Assembly (NCBI GenBank): GCA_947169235.1
Contig: CAMVOY010000001.1
Coordinates: 6,743 to 70,742, forward strand
DNA: 64,000 nucleotides
Reading direction: 5' to 3'
From: an uncultured Lachnospiraceae bacterium
GTDB taxonomy: Bacteria; Bacillota; Clostridia; Lachnospirales; Lachnospiraceae
Part shown: positions 37,174 through 45,120 of the stretch, piece by piece
How positions within the stretch are numbered: position 1 is the first letter of the stretch
How the letters are laid out: every line of letters starts with the position of its first letter
The notes under the pieces: generated by a model
Told to the model about the DNA's origin: nothing
Database searches by the model: none
What the model saw: the letters and a program-made list of their open reading frames with translations, nothing else
Made by a program: the position numbers and the translations under genes

Positions 37174-38495
37174 GTCCCACCTCCCTCGTATAGAAACGAA
37201 TAATTATCTCCAACAATTCTCTCATACAGTTTTTCTTCCAAGAACTCTTTTCTAATATTCCCTTGCAATTCACTATTAATTGCAATCTGATGTATTGCGT
37301 GAATATATCCACCAATGTCGATGTGCGATACTGCTTTTTTAGTCAACGGCTGAACTCCTGATAAAACTCCTACTAAAACACCTGCAGCCACCGCTACGAT
37401 ATTCAAACTTTCCGCAATAATTGATGATATTGCAAGAATCCTTTTTGTTCTCACCAAATAAATGTTATAATCACCATCTTTTTCCGGATTATACATAAAA
37501 GAATGTATTATTTCAATACATGTGCTGATGAACTCAGCCCAAAAATAATTCACTTTAATACCATTCATAGCCCCCTTTGCTATTTTTTCGAGTTCCTTGC
37601 TATTCCAATTCTTGTTAAGCATTTTTTGTTTTTTCTCAGGATTTATAAACGGAATAGGAAGCCCCTTTTTTGTATTCTTATCTGAAAGCATATGAGCTCT
37701 ATGCTTTTCCAATGCATTTTTCAATCGATCTGGATCCTCCGATACTGATCGAATAACATCTGCCACCATCATCGAAAACGAATATGGAGGAAATTCAGTG
37801 ATCCATTGCGTTCCACCTTCACGAGCAACTTTCATCGTCAAACAAAATGCCCCCTTTTCAATATCAAAAGAATCTTCTTCGGGATTAATCAATCTAGCAT
37901 TTTGAAAAGTAATTGAACGTGTCATTATGTTCATCGGGCCAAATACAAATCCTATAATCGGGTCATGACCAAGTGTCGCCGAATGATGATTCACGCCATT
38001 TAACTGTGCATACTCACCTTTCTTAAGACCAGGTATCCATATAAACTCTGTGCCTTCCGTTGCATCATAGGGAACAGGGAAATCTAATATCTCTTGTGCA
38101 GTAGGTAATTCATACAAATTGTCAGGTATCTCCTTCAACCTTCTCGAATCAAGCTTCGGATCTTTTTTTCCTTCTTCACCACTATCTTTTCTGTCCGAAA
38201 CATCAGGCGCAAGTGTTTTTTCATCTAATGTAGGTATCATAATCCACCTCAAACACTGTAACGCAACTGCAGTCCATAAAAATATAAGATCCTTTTTATT
38301 GAGAATCCCTGTCTTTTCCGAAAACTCCACATAGATATCATCAAAAACCTCATCTATCGTATTTATTTCACCTAACACACGATTTGCATTATCCTGCATT
38401 TCTGTTATCGCAGAATCCAGCTTTGAGATATTCTTGTGAAAGCTGTTACACGATTTATTGTAATTGTTTTTTATCCCTTTATATTTTTCAAGCAT
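37170..38495 (-). CDS. hypothetical protein (441 aa): coiled-coil N-terminus and two hydrophobic helices
   Basis: ATG 38495 lies 8 nt behind GGGAG; the track start 38501 is a GTG. Hydrophobic segments are LIFLWTAVALQCLRWIMIP and ILAISSIIAESLNIVAVAAGVLVGVLSGV. No family recognised. Confidence 0.7.
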   Translation of the reverse strand: MLEKYKGIKNNYNKSCNSFHKNISKLDSAITEMQDNANRVLGEINTIDEVFDDIYVEFSEKTGILNKKDLIFLWTAVALQCLRWIMIPTLDEKTLAPDVSDRKDSGEEGKKDPKLDSRRLKEIPDNLYELPTAQEILDFPVPYDATEGTEFIWIPGLKKGEYAQLNGVNHHSATLGHDPIIGFVFGPMNIMTRSITFQNARLINPEEDSFDIEKGAFCLTMKVAREGGTQWITEFPPYSFSMMVADVIRSVSEDPDRLKNALEKHRAHMLSDKNTKKGLPIPFINPEKKQKMLNKNWNSKELEKIAKGAMNGIKVNYFWAEFISTCIEIIHSFMYNPEKDGDYNIYLVRTKRILAISSIIAESLNIVAVAAGVLVGVLSGVQPLTKKAVSHIDIGGYIHAIHQIAINSELQGNIRKEFLEEKLYERIVGDNYSFLYEGGGT

Positions 38496-38534
38496 TCCCA
38501 CATCTCCCGTTTACAAAAAGGCCAATTCTATGCA

Positions 38535-38563
38535 ATCATACCATATATCTATGTATTTTTCAA
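38535..38563 (-). promoter_or_regulatory. candidate promoter of the AT-rich 3-gene operon
   Basis: On the minus strand: TTGAAA (38563-38558), 17 nt, TATGAT (38540-38535) preceded by TG. Confidence 0.55.
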
Positions 38564-38705
38564 GTACTCTACCTCAAAACGGTCCTTGGTCTTGACACAT
38601 TCATAAGTTTTTTACACCGTGAACAGCAACCTCTTCTGATATGTGTAATTCTACACACATAGACACTCATCATTCTTCTGAATCAAATGTATCTTCTGTA
38701 TCATC

Positions 38706-39584
38706 CTATTCATCATCCTGATTATTCTCCGGCTCTTCCTCATACACCGCCGCTATACAGTGCAATGACGCCCTTTCCCCAGAAATCGAGCAATCCACAT
38801 CCACATAGAACGATCCGCTTCCATTTATCGTCAATTCTCCGGATTTCGTTATGGAAGCTATATCCGGATCACCCTCGGTGACATCAACTTTGTATTCATA
38901 TTTGTTATATTTATCATGAGTAATATAATCACTTATATTGATGGTCTGATTCTCAACTATGAACACAACATGGCCAATGTATTCTGTAAAGATGCCCGGT
39001 TCCTTGAAATCTTCATCATACTGCTCATAAAAACCATCCGCACTGTCAAATCTCAAAAAATGCGGTTTGTAAGTCAGGGATTTCTTCAGATTCTTTATTT
39101 TTTTCTTGAGAGACTTAATCTGATTCTCATACTTCGTAGGCGAGGCAGTCACCTTGACACATTTAACCACAGTACATGTATATCCGTTATAGGTCTTTGT
39201 CTTACCTGTCTTCTTGAAATAACCCATGCCACCTAGCGTGCTGTAGTTTTTAGTACCGCTGGCGACCCAGTAATATCCTTTATTTACATTGAGTAAGCCT
39301 TCATAATACACAATCAACGGATTATACGAGATAGTGGTCGCTCCAAATACCGCAAACGTACCCTTTGTTTGCTTCTTGTATTTCTTTTTTGCCGCTTTAT
39401 ATCGCTTTTGTGCGGTCTTCAGTTTTTTCTGCGTCTTCTTAATCTCATTCTTCACAGATGTTTTTGTCCAGGTCTTTGCCTGCGATACCGAACTGTTTGC
39501 ACCGATTCCGGCAAAAACCGACAGTGATAATACCATAACCAGCGTCAACACAAGGCTCAAGCCTCTTTTTTTCAATCCTTTCAT
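38706..39584 (-). CDS. secreted Lys-rich protein with C-terminal Ig-like (Big_2-like) domain
   Basis: Signal peptide MKGLKKRGLSLVLTLVMVLSLSVFAG. Lys-rich helices (KKTQKKLKTAQKRYKAAKKKYKK). C-terminal DIASITKSGELTINGSGSFYVDV and an acidic tail. ATG 39584 lies 2 nt after the upstream stop, behind GGAGGTG. Confidence 0.75.
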   Translation of the reverse strand: MKGLKKRGLSLVLTLVMVLSLSVFAGIGANSSVSQAKTWTKTSVKNEIKKTQKKLKTAQKRYKAAKKKYKKQTKGTFAVFGATTISYNPLIVYYEGLLNVNKGYYWVASGTKNYSTLGGMGYFKKTGKTKTYNGYTCTVVKCVKVTASPTKYENQIKSLKKKIKNLKKSLTYKPHFLRFDSADGFYEQYDEDFKEPGIFTEYIGHVVFIVENQTINISDYITHDKYNKYEYKVDVTEGDPDIASITKSGELTINGSGSFYVDVDCSISGERASLHCIAAVYEEEPENNQDDE

Positions 39585-39586
39585 GA

Positions 39587-40678
39587 TCAAACACCTCCAT
39601 TTTCATAATAATAAGCTAATCTCCAATACAACAACGCCATCGCTACATCGTCCGCTCTGGGATGATACAGCATCATTCCAAGATCAGACAGACACTCCAT
39701 CAGGTTTTCCGGAAGATAATAGTCCCGGAATTGCTTGTCAACAGGATACCTATACCAACCATTTTTCAGAATCTCCCGACACATATGGTCAATTTCTACC
39801 GCTGCTTGTTTGTCGCTAAAACACTTTGAGAGGAAGATTTTATAGACATCATCTCGTGATGACGGGATTCTTTTTTCTGAAACATCTCCATATCGGAGCC
39901 ACCAAAGCAACTTTTCCTGATTCTGTACGGTACCATGCAAAAAACCGATCACTCGTACAAGATCATAAAAGCTCTCAATAGGATATTCATCAAGTAGTTC
40001 CTCCAGATATTCTGCGTTTTCACCTCTAGCAAAGATACCTTTCTGTATCAACTCTTTGACGTTCGGGATTATGAATGCGACCGGAACTTCTCTGTCATCA
40101 AACGACGGTGTACTCATCGGAGCATTTGATTCATCCACGATTGCAGACAGCCTATCCACTGAGCAATCAGATATTATGGTACTCAGCTCATCCTTGTAGA
40201 TATAGGAATCTCCCTTTGATTCCATGTTTGTTTCTGCTAATTCACGATCAGATGCACATAGATCCCTTAAGTACTCTCGCCCCTTTGAGGATTGGACCAT
40301 CATCACATGCCTCATTCCGTTCTTTGGCAAGTTCTCAAGATAGATTTCTGCCGGAAGATTGTATGTGATAGGGTTTACATCGCCAGATAATCCCATGAGA
40401 TAGCTGACCAGAAGATTCGACATGGGTCCTCTTGGCATGTACTCCCAGGAATGAACTTGCATATCTCGGATTCTCATGGCGTTCTTTAGGATCCTTACAT
40501 CATTGCCTGTTTCTCGAGCTATCTTGAGTTCATATTCAAGACGATCTGATATGTTAACAGGAAGCGGATCACCGTATACCTTCTTTGCCCGCGACATGCA
40601 GGTGTTATGAAGGATCTCTCCTGGGTTGCTCTTTCCTGATCCTTTATGAAATGTGCCGTTTTTCAGAATCCCCCACAT
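39587..40678 (-). CDS. PolC-derived protein lacking the polymerase palm (about 363 aa)
   Basis: ATG 40678 lies 5 nt behind GGGGGTG; the track start 40732 lies in the promoter region. Blocks resembling Firmicute PolC are listed in the findings. No counterpart of the PDIDLNF catalytic segment was found. Confidence 0.7.
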   Translation of the reverse strand: MWGILKNGTFHKGSGKSNPGEILHNTCMSRAKKVYGDPLPVNISDRLEYELKIARETGNDVRILKNAMRIRDMQVHSWEYMPRGPMSNLLVSYLMGLSGDVNPITYNLPAEIYLENLPKNGMRHVMMVQSSKGREYLRDLCASDRELAETNMESKGDSYIYKDELSTIISDCSVDRLSAIVDESNAPMSTPSFDDREVPVAFIIPNVKELIQKGIFARGENAEYLEELLDEYPIESFYDLVRVIGFLHGTVQNQEKLLWWLRYGDVSEKRIPSSRDDVYKIFLSKCFSDKQAAVEIDHMCREILKNGWYRYPVDKQFRDYYLPENLMECLSDLGMMLYHPRADDVAMALLYWRLAYYYENGGV

Positions 40679-40727
40679 AAAAACACCCCCTATTGATGAT
40701 CTTAAGACCATTATAGAGGGTGGGGTA

Positions 40728-40742
40728 GACATATTCTGTCAC
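40728..40742 (-). promoter_or_regulatory. candidate operator, copy 1 (GTGACAGAATATGTC on the minus strand)
   Basis: 16/20 identical to the copy at 42046-42061. TGACAG lies exactly 20 nt upstream of TATAAT (40715-40710). Confidence 0.5.
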
Positions 40743-40844
40743 TTGTTCATTTTTTCACCAATTTTTTTTAACTCTTTCTTCATCTCTAACTTAGACATCG
40801 TCATTAAACTCACTCAAAAAGAAACTCATATCATATAGTTTCTC

Positions 40845-41798
40845 CTATGCAATCAGTTTAATCGAATCCCCTTGGCTTCTGAGCCACATATCAATACCCT
40901 TGCCAAACACCTCTGCCTGCACCGTATAGACACCATCATGCTCATCAAGGATCTGTGCGGTCGGGAGCCGATCAAGAATACAATTGATATCGAGACCACT
41001 GTACTCAAACTTCACGCGCTCAAGCCTACCCCCATACATGAACTGAATCCTTTTCCGGAACTCGCCCTCCTCAAACCTGCTGCTATACGGGATGTGGAAC
41101 TTCTCGTCCAGTATCTTCATGGACTGAATCCTGTCAATCCGGTAGATCGTCGGGAACGAGTCGTTGATAACATCAAAATGATCCCTAGTCTCCTTATCAT
41201 CGATAAAGGCGGTCAGATAAAAATAGTATTCAGAAAAGAGGATAGCTACCGGGCGGAGTTTCCGCTTGACTACCTGCTTATCCTTCAGTCGCAGGTAATC
41301 AACCTCAATCAGCTTGCTTTCCCTTATCGCCTGCCCGATATCCCAGATCTTGTCGATAAACTCCGAACCATGCCGCGGCTCAATATAATGAAAAGCCTCA
41401 TTGCGGATCAAATCCTTGACTCTCTCCTGATTACTCTTCGGCACGCAGCAGGAGATCAGTTTATCGAGCATTTCCTGAACAACTTCCTTTGAAAAAGCTC
41501 TGGCTTCGAGAAGAATCTTGCAGATCGCGAGTATCTCGGAATTATCAAGCTTCAGATTGTAGACCTGATCCAGCTTGTAACCCCTGCTCTTATAATCGTA
41601 GATTACGGAGTTGACGATACCTGTTCGCTCAGCATCATTGTCCAAAAACGCTCTTACATCATCGATATCTCTCTGAATTGAACGCTCCGTAACACCGTAT
41701 TTCTGTGCCTCATTAGCCTTATTGATAACCTCGCCTTCACAAAGTCTCGTATAAAGCTGAAGCACCCTAGAAATCTTGTCTCTCTTGTCATCATCCAT
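40845..41798 (-). CDS. HTH-WYL domain transcriptional regulator (BrxR/CapW/YafY-like)
   Basis: N-terminal wHTH (RVLQLYTRL...YGVTERSIQRDIDDVRAFL). Central WYL-type block RKLRPVAILFSEYYFYLTAF. There is a C-terminal extension. ATG 41798 lies 5 nt behind AGGTGA. Confidence 0.8.
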   Translation of the reverse strand: MDDDKRDKISRVLQLYTRLCEGEVINKANEAQKYGVTERSIQRDIDDVRAFLDNDAERTGIVNSVIYDYKSRGYKLDQVYNLKLDNSEILAICKILLEARAFSKEVVQEMLDKLISCCVPKSNQERVKDLIRNEAFHYIEPRHGSEFIDKIWDIGQAIRESKLIEVDYLRLKDKQVVKRKLRPVAILFSEYYFYLTAFIDDKETRDHFDVINDSFPTIYRIDRIQSMKILDEKFHIPYSSRFEEGEFRKRIQFMYGGRLERVKFEYSGLDINCILDRLPTAQILDEHDGVYTVQAEVFGKGIDMWLRSQGDSIKLIA

Positions 41799-41803
41799 AC
41801 AGA

Positions 41804-41980
41804 TCACCTATCCCTTCCGATATCCCATGGATCAAAGTCATCGTCCCATTTTTCCTTATCGAAGAACTTCCGTTTCAAAATATGAAACAATACGGCGAAT
41901 ATGATAACACATATCATACTGCCAATAACGAATGTTTCTTGATCCCAGTTTTCCACCCCAGTAGTCAACAATTCCTGCAT
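41804..41980 (-). CDS. small single-pass membrane protein (58 aa)
   Basis: ATG 41980 lies behind GAGGGGG. TM segment FVIGSMICVIIFAVLFHIL with an acidic, Trp-rich tail. Its stop is 5 nt before the WYL regulator start. Confidence 0.45.
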   Translation of the reverse strand: MQELLTTGVENWDQETFVIGSMICVIIFAVLFHILKRKFFDKEKWDDDFDPWDIGRDR

Positions 41981-42045
41981 GTGTATATACCCCCTCGTTC
42001 TTATGCAAGTTTCATGTTTCTGTCTATAAGTATAATTATCCGGAT

Positions 42046-42061
42046 GGACAGATTCTGTCAT
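42046..42061 (-). promoter_or_regulatory. candidate operator, copy 2 (ATGACAGAATCTGTCC on the minus strand)
   Basis: Contains the perfect inverted repeat GACAG-AAT-CTGTC. TGACAG lies exactly 20 nt upstream of TATACT (42034-42029). Confidence 0.5.
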
Positions 42062-42324
42062 TTATCCGACTCTTTTTTTCTTTTCTTTTTCCTGACTATA
42101 GTCTACCAAATCAAGTGTCCCTTTGTCCGTACTTCCAACAAAAATCGATAGAATCCCTACAGTGCCTGAAATATCGTTATTCCAAGATGTGAAACATTAT
42201 ATTATCTTAATTTTTATCAACAGAATTGATATTATTTAGCCTCCGTTTTGATTCGACATTTTCATCAAGATAGAATTCTCACGCCTCACGAATCCTCCAC
42301 AGTTTTCCGAATTACAGGGAATGC

Positions 42325-42353
42325 TTGACATCCCGGTTTTGTTTTGCTATAAT
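42325..42353 (+). promoter_or_regulatory. consensus sigma-A promoter
   Basis: TTGACA (42325-42330), 17 nt, TATAAT (42348-42353). Confidence 0.65.
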
Positions 42354-42384
42354 CAGCTAATAAACATTAGCGAGGAGAATGGAT

Positions 42385-43386
42385 ATGTCACCAATTATAA
42401 GTATAAAAAATGTAACAAAAGAGTTCAAAGTTCTCAATCGTCATGAAGGATTAAAGGGAAGTATAAAGGATCTGTTTTCAAGAGATTACAAGATCATCCG
42501 TGCCGTGGACAACGTATCGATGGATATAGAGCAGGGCGAGATAGTCGGATATCTCGGACCGAACGGTGCAGGCAAATCCACTACCATAAAAATGATGACC
42601 GGGGTGCTGAAACCGACGTCCGGAGAGATAAGAGTAAACGGTGTGATACCTTATCAAAACCGAGCCAAAGGTGCTCAGGACATAGGTGTCGTATTCGGTC
42701 AGAGAACGCAGCTCTGGTGGGCACTTCCTCTGATCGAGTCTTTTAATGTACTAAAAGAGATATATCGTATTCCGGATTCGGATTACAAGGATATGATCGA
42801 TCTGTTTCAGTCATTGGTAGATATAGAGTCGCTTTTACATAAGCCCGTACGTCAGATGTCGTTGGGGCAGCGGACGCTAAGCGATATACTCGCGTCATTT
42901 TTACACAATCCGAAGATAGTCTATCTCGATGAGCCGACGATAGGACTTGATGTAGCCATGAAAGCGAAGATAAGGACGCTGATATATGAGCTGAACAGGG
43001 AGAAAAATACCACGGTCATCCTTACCACACACGACATGGGTGATGTGGATGCTCTTTGCGAAAGGATAGTTATAATCGATAAAGGCAAGATGCTTTACGA
43101 TAACGACATAGAGCATTTGAAAGGATTCTTTGGTTCATATCGTACTCTGAAAATCCGCACGGATAAGGATCCGTCCGCACATGTGGATGAAGTCAGTAAG
43201 GCAGTCCCTGAGTTTCAGGTATCAAGTGATGATGAGTGGATATCAGTCCTTGTAGATGAAGGAAAGTCAAAGGTCATGAAGGTACTGAATCATCTTCAGG
43301 AATCCTTCAATATCAGAGATATGCAGCTTGATGAGATCTCAACCGAGGATGTTATCAAGAAGATATATGAGGAGGGGATGAAGTGA
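42385..43386 (+). CDS. ABC transporter ATP-binding protein
   Basis: GPNGAGKST, LSLGQRT and VYLDEPT motifs plus a C-terminal extension. Confidence 0.9.
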   Translation: MSPIISIKNVTKEFKVLNRHEGLKGSIKDLFSRDYKIIRAVDNVSMDIEQGEIVGYLGPNGAGKSTTIKMMTGVLKPTSGEIRVNGVIPYQNRAKGAQDIGVVFGQRTQLWWALPLIESFNVLKEIYRIPDSDYKDMIDLFQSLVDIESLLHKPVRQMSLGQRTLSDILASFLHNPKIVYLDEPTIGLDVAMKAKIRTLIYELNREKNTTVILTTHDMGDVDALCERIVIIDKGKMLYDNDIEHLKGFFGSYRTLKIRTDKDPSAHVDEVSKAVPEFQVSSDDEWISVLVDEGKSKVMKVLNHLQESFNIRDMQLDEISTEDVIKKIYEEGMK

Positions 43387-44186
43387 GTTTAAAAAGATGC
43401 TTGATCCTGACTCGTGCCGGCGTTATAGAAAACCTGCAGTTCAGGCTTTCTTCCGTGATCATGGTCATAGGAAACATACTTTATCTTATCGTGATATTCT
43501 TTCTGTGGAAAGCCATATATGCTTCTGCCGGAACGGATGTTGTTAACGGGATGACGTTTTCCGATACCCTGATCTATCTGGTACTTGCTACCGCCCTCAC
43601 CGGTTTTATGAACATGTATACGGTGTGGATGATGGGACGCGATATACAGTCGGGAAAGATCGTACTTGATCTGTTGAAGCCGATGGAATATAAAAGGTAT
43701 TTGTTCTGGTCCTATTCGGGCAACCTTGTAACCAATTTCTTCTTTACATTTTTACCGACTTTTATAGTTGTAGTTGTGGTTACAAAAGGGGCGATACCTT
43801 TGGGATTGAACCTGCTTTGGTTCATGATATCCGTGATCATGGCGATACTGATTAATTTCAATATTGATTATTTTGTCGGTACCATATGTATGTACACGGA
43901 GTCCATCTGGGGAATAGATATCATGAAACAGGTGATCGTACTTCTGTTTTCCGGAGCGACGATACCTATCGCATTTTTCCCGGAACCGCTGTTTACGATA
44001 GTAAAATGGCTTCCGTTCCAATCAGTGTACAACACGCCGCTTTCGCTGTTGTTAAATAAGAATCCTGATATAAAATCCGTGATGATAGCTCTGGGTACAC
44101 AGCTGATATGGGTTGTAGTTATGTATCTGATAAACAGGGTATTCTGGAGGATATCGCTGAAACAGATTACGGTAAACGGAGGATGA
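43383..44186 (+). CDS. ABC-2 family permease
   Basis: 6-TM protein. The GTG start overlaps the ATPase stop, behind GAGGAGGGG. Confidence 0.8.
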   Translation: MSLKRCLILTRAGVIENLQFRLSSVIMVIGNILYLIVIFFLWKAIYASAGTDVVNGMTFSDTLIYLVLATALTGFMNMYTVWMMGRDIQSGKIVLDLLKPMEYKRYLFWSYSGNLVTNFFFTFLPTFIVVVVVTKGAIPLGLNLLWFMISVIMAILINFNIDYFVGTICMYTESIWGIDIMKQVIVLLFSGATIPIAFFPEPLFTIVKWLPFQSVYNTPLSLLLNKNPDIKSVMIALGTQLIWVVVMYLINRVFWRISLKQITVNGG

Positions 44187-44187
44187 T

Positions 44188-44991
44188 ATGAAGAAGAGTA
44201 AACTGAGATTCTATCTGCGGATATACAGAAAGGTTCTGGTACAGGATCTGAAAAGTAAGATGAGCTACCGTTCTGATTTTATCATATCCATAATAGGTAT
44301 GCTCTTTACCAATATATCCGGATTTATCACGTTTTGGATCCTGTTTCAGAACTTCCCGTCCATCAACGGATGGGGTTATTATGAGATGATGTTTTTATAC
44401 GGATTCTCGCTTGTCTCGTTGACTCCGGTGCAGTGTTTTTTTGACAACAACTGGCAGCTCCGTATGTACGTTTACTCCGGAGATTTTATCAAGTATTGCT
44501 TTCGCCCGATAAATCTTTTCTTTTATTATCAGTCGGAGATATTTGATATAAAAGGACTCGGTCAGTTGGCGTTCGGGATCGGGACGATAGCATACTCATG
44601 GAGTCATATGTCTCTGCCTTTTGACGCGTTGATGGTACTGAAACTGATAGTATTTCTTATCACGGCGTCTCTGGTTATGATAGCACTTCAGACCGCGGGA
44701 GCAGCGACATGCTTTTGGACACACAATTCGTTTTTTGTTCTCGATCTGGCGTTTAAATTCAAGGATTATGCAAAATACCCGGTAACGATCTTCAGCTCGG
44801 TATTCAAGTTTATATTTACATTTATCGTACCGATAGCTTTCATAGCATACTATCCTTCGCTCGTTATCCTTCGTCCTGATGCGGTGCCTTTGCTATCATG
44901 GCTTTCACCGGTATTTGGCGTGATCTTCTTTGTGATCGCATACAAAATATGGATGTTTGGAGCCATGAGATACAGCGGAACCGGCTCATGA
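44188..44991 (+). CDS. ABC-2 family permease (second subunit)
   Basis: 6-TM paralogous partner. RBS GGAGGA. Confidence 0.8.
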   Translation: MKKSKLRFYLRIYRKVLVQDLKSKMSYRSDFIISIIGMLFTNISGFITFWILFQNFPSINGWGYYEMMFLYGFSLVSLTPVQCFFDNNWQLRMYVYSGDFIKYCFRPINLFFYYQSEIFDIKGLGQLAFGIGTIAYSWSHMSLPFDALMVLKLIVFLITASLVMIALQTAGAATCFWTHNSFFVLDLAFKFKDYAKYPVTIFSSVFKFIFTFIVPIAFIAYYPSLVILRPDAVPLLSWLSPVFGVIFFVIAYKIWMFGAMRYSGTGS

Positions 44992-45012
44992 TACAAAAAT
45001 TATAAAAAAATC

Positions 45013-45106
45013 TTGACAAGATCACTTAAGTGTGATAACATGACGTGCAGTGAGGCAAAGGCGTCTCAGAGGAAACTCTGGGACGTCTTTGCCTTTCTTT
45101 GGTTTT
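45013..45106 (+). promoter_or_regulatory. promoter plus leader with hexaloop hairpin and intrinsic terminator (copy 3 of 3)
   Basis: TTGACA (45013-45018), 17 nt, TAACAT (45036-45041). Hairpin TGAGGC-AAAGGC-GTCTCA (45051-45068). An 18-bp terminator stem pairs 45054-45071 with 45076-45093, followed by TTTCTTTGGTTTT and then the RBS AGGAGG. Confidence 0.75.
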
Positions 45107-45120
45107 AGGAGGATGAAAAA

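Noticed and set aside
40872-41492. 206-aa + strand ORF
   Set aside because: It is antisense to the WYL regulator gene, which has clear HTH and WYL motifs and a proper RBS. The + ORF has neither.
29870-42320. Direct repeats (att sites) or an integrase delimiting the accessory island
   Set aside because: I found no tyrosine or serine recombinase gene and no matching flanking repeats longer than a few nt. The island boundaries are therefore only compositional and contextual.
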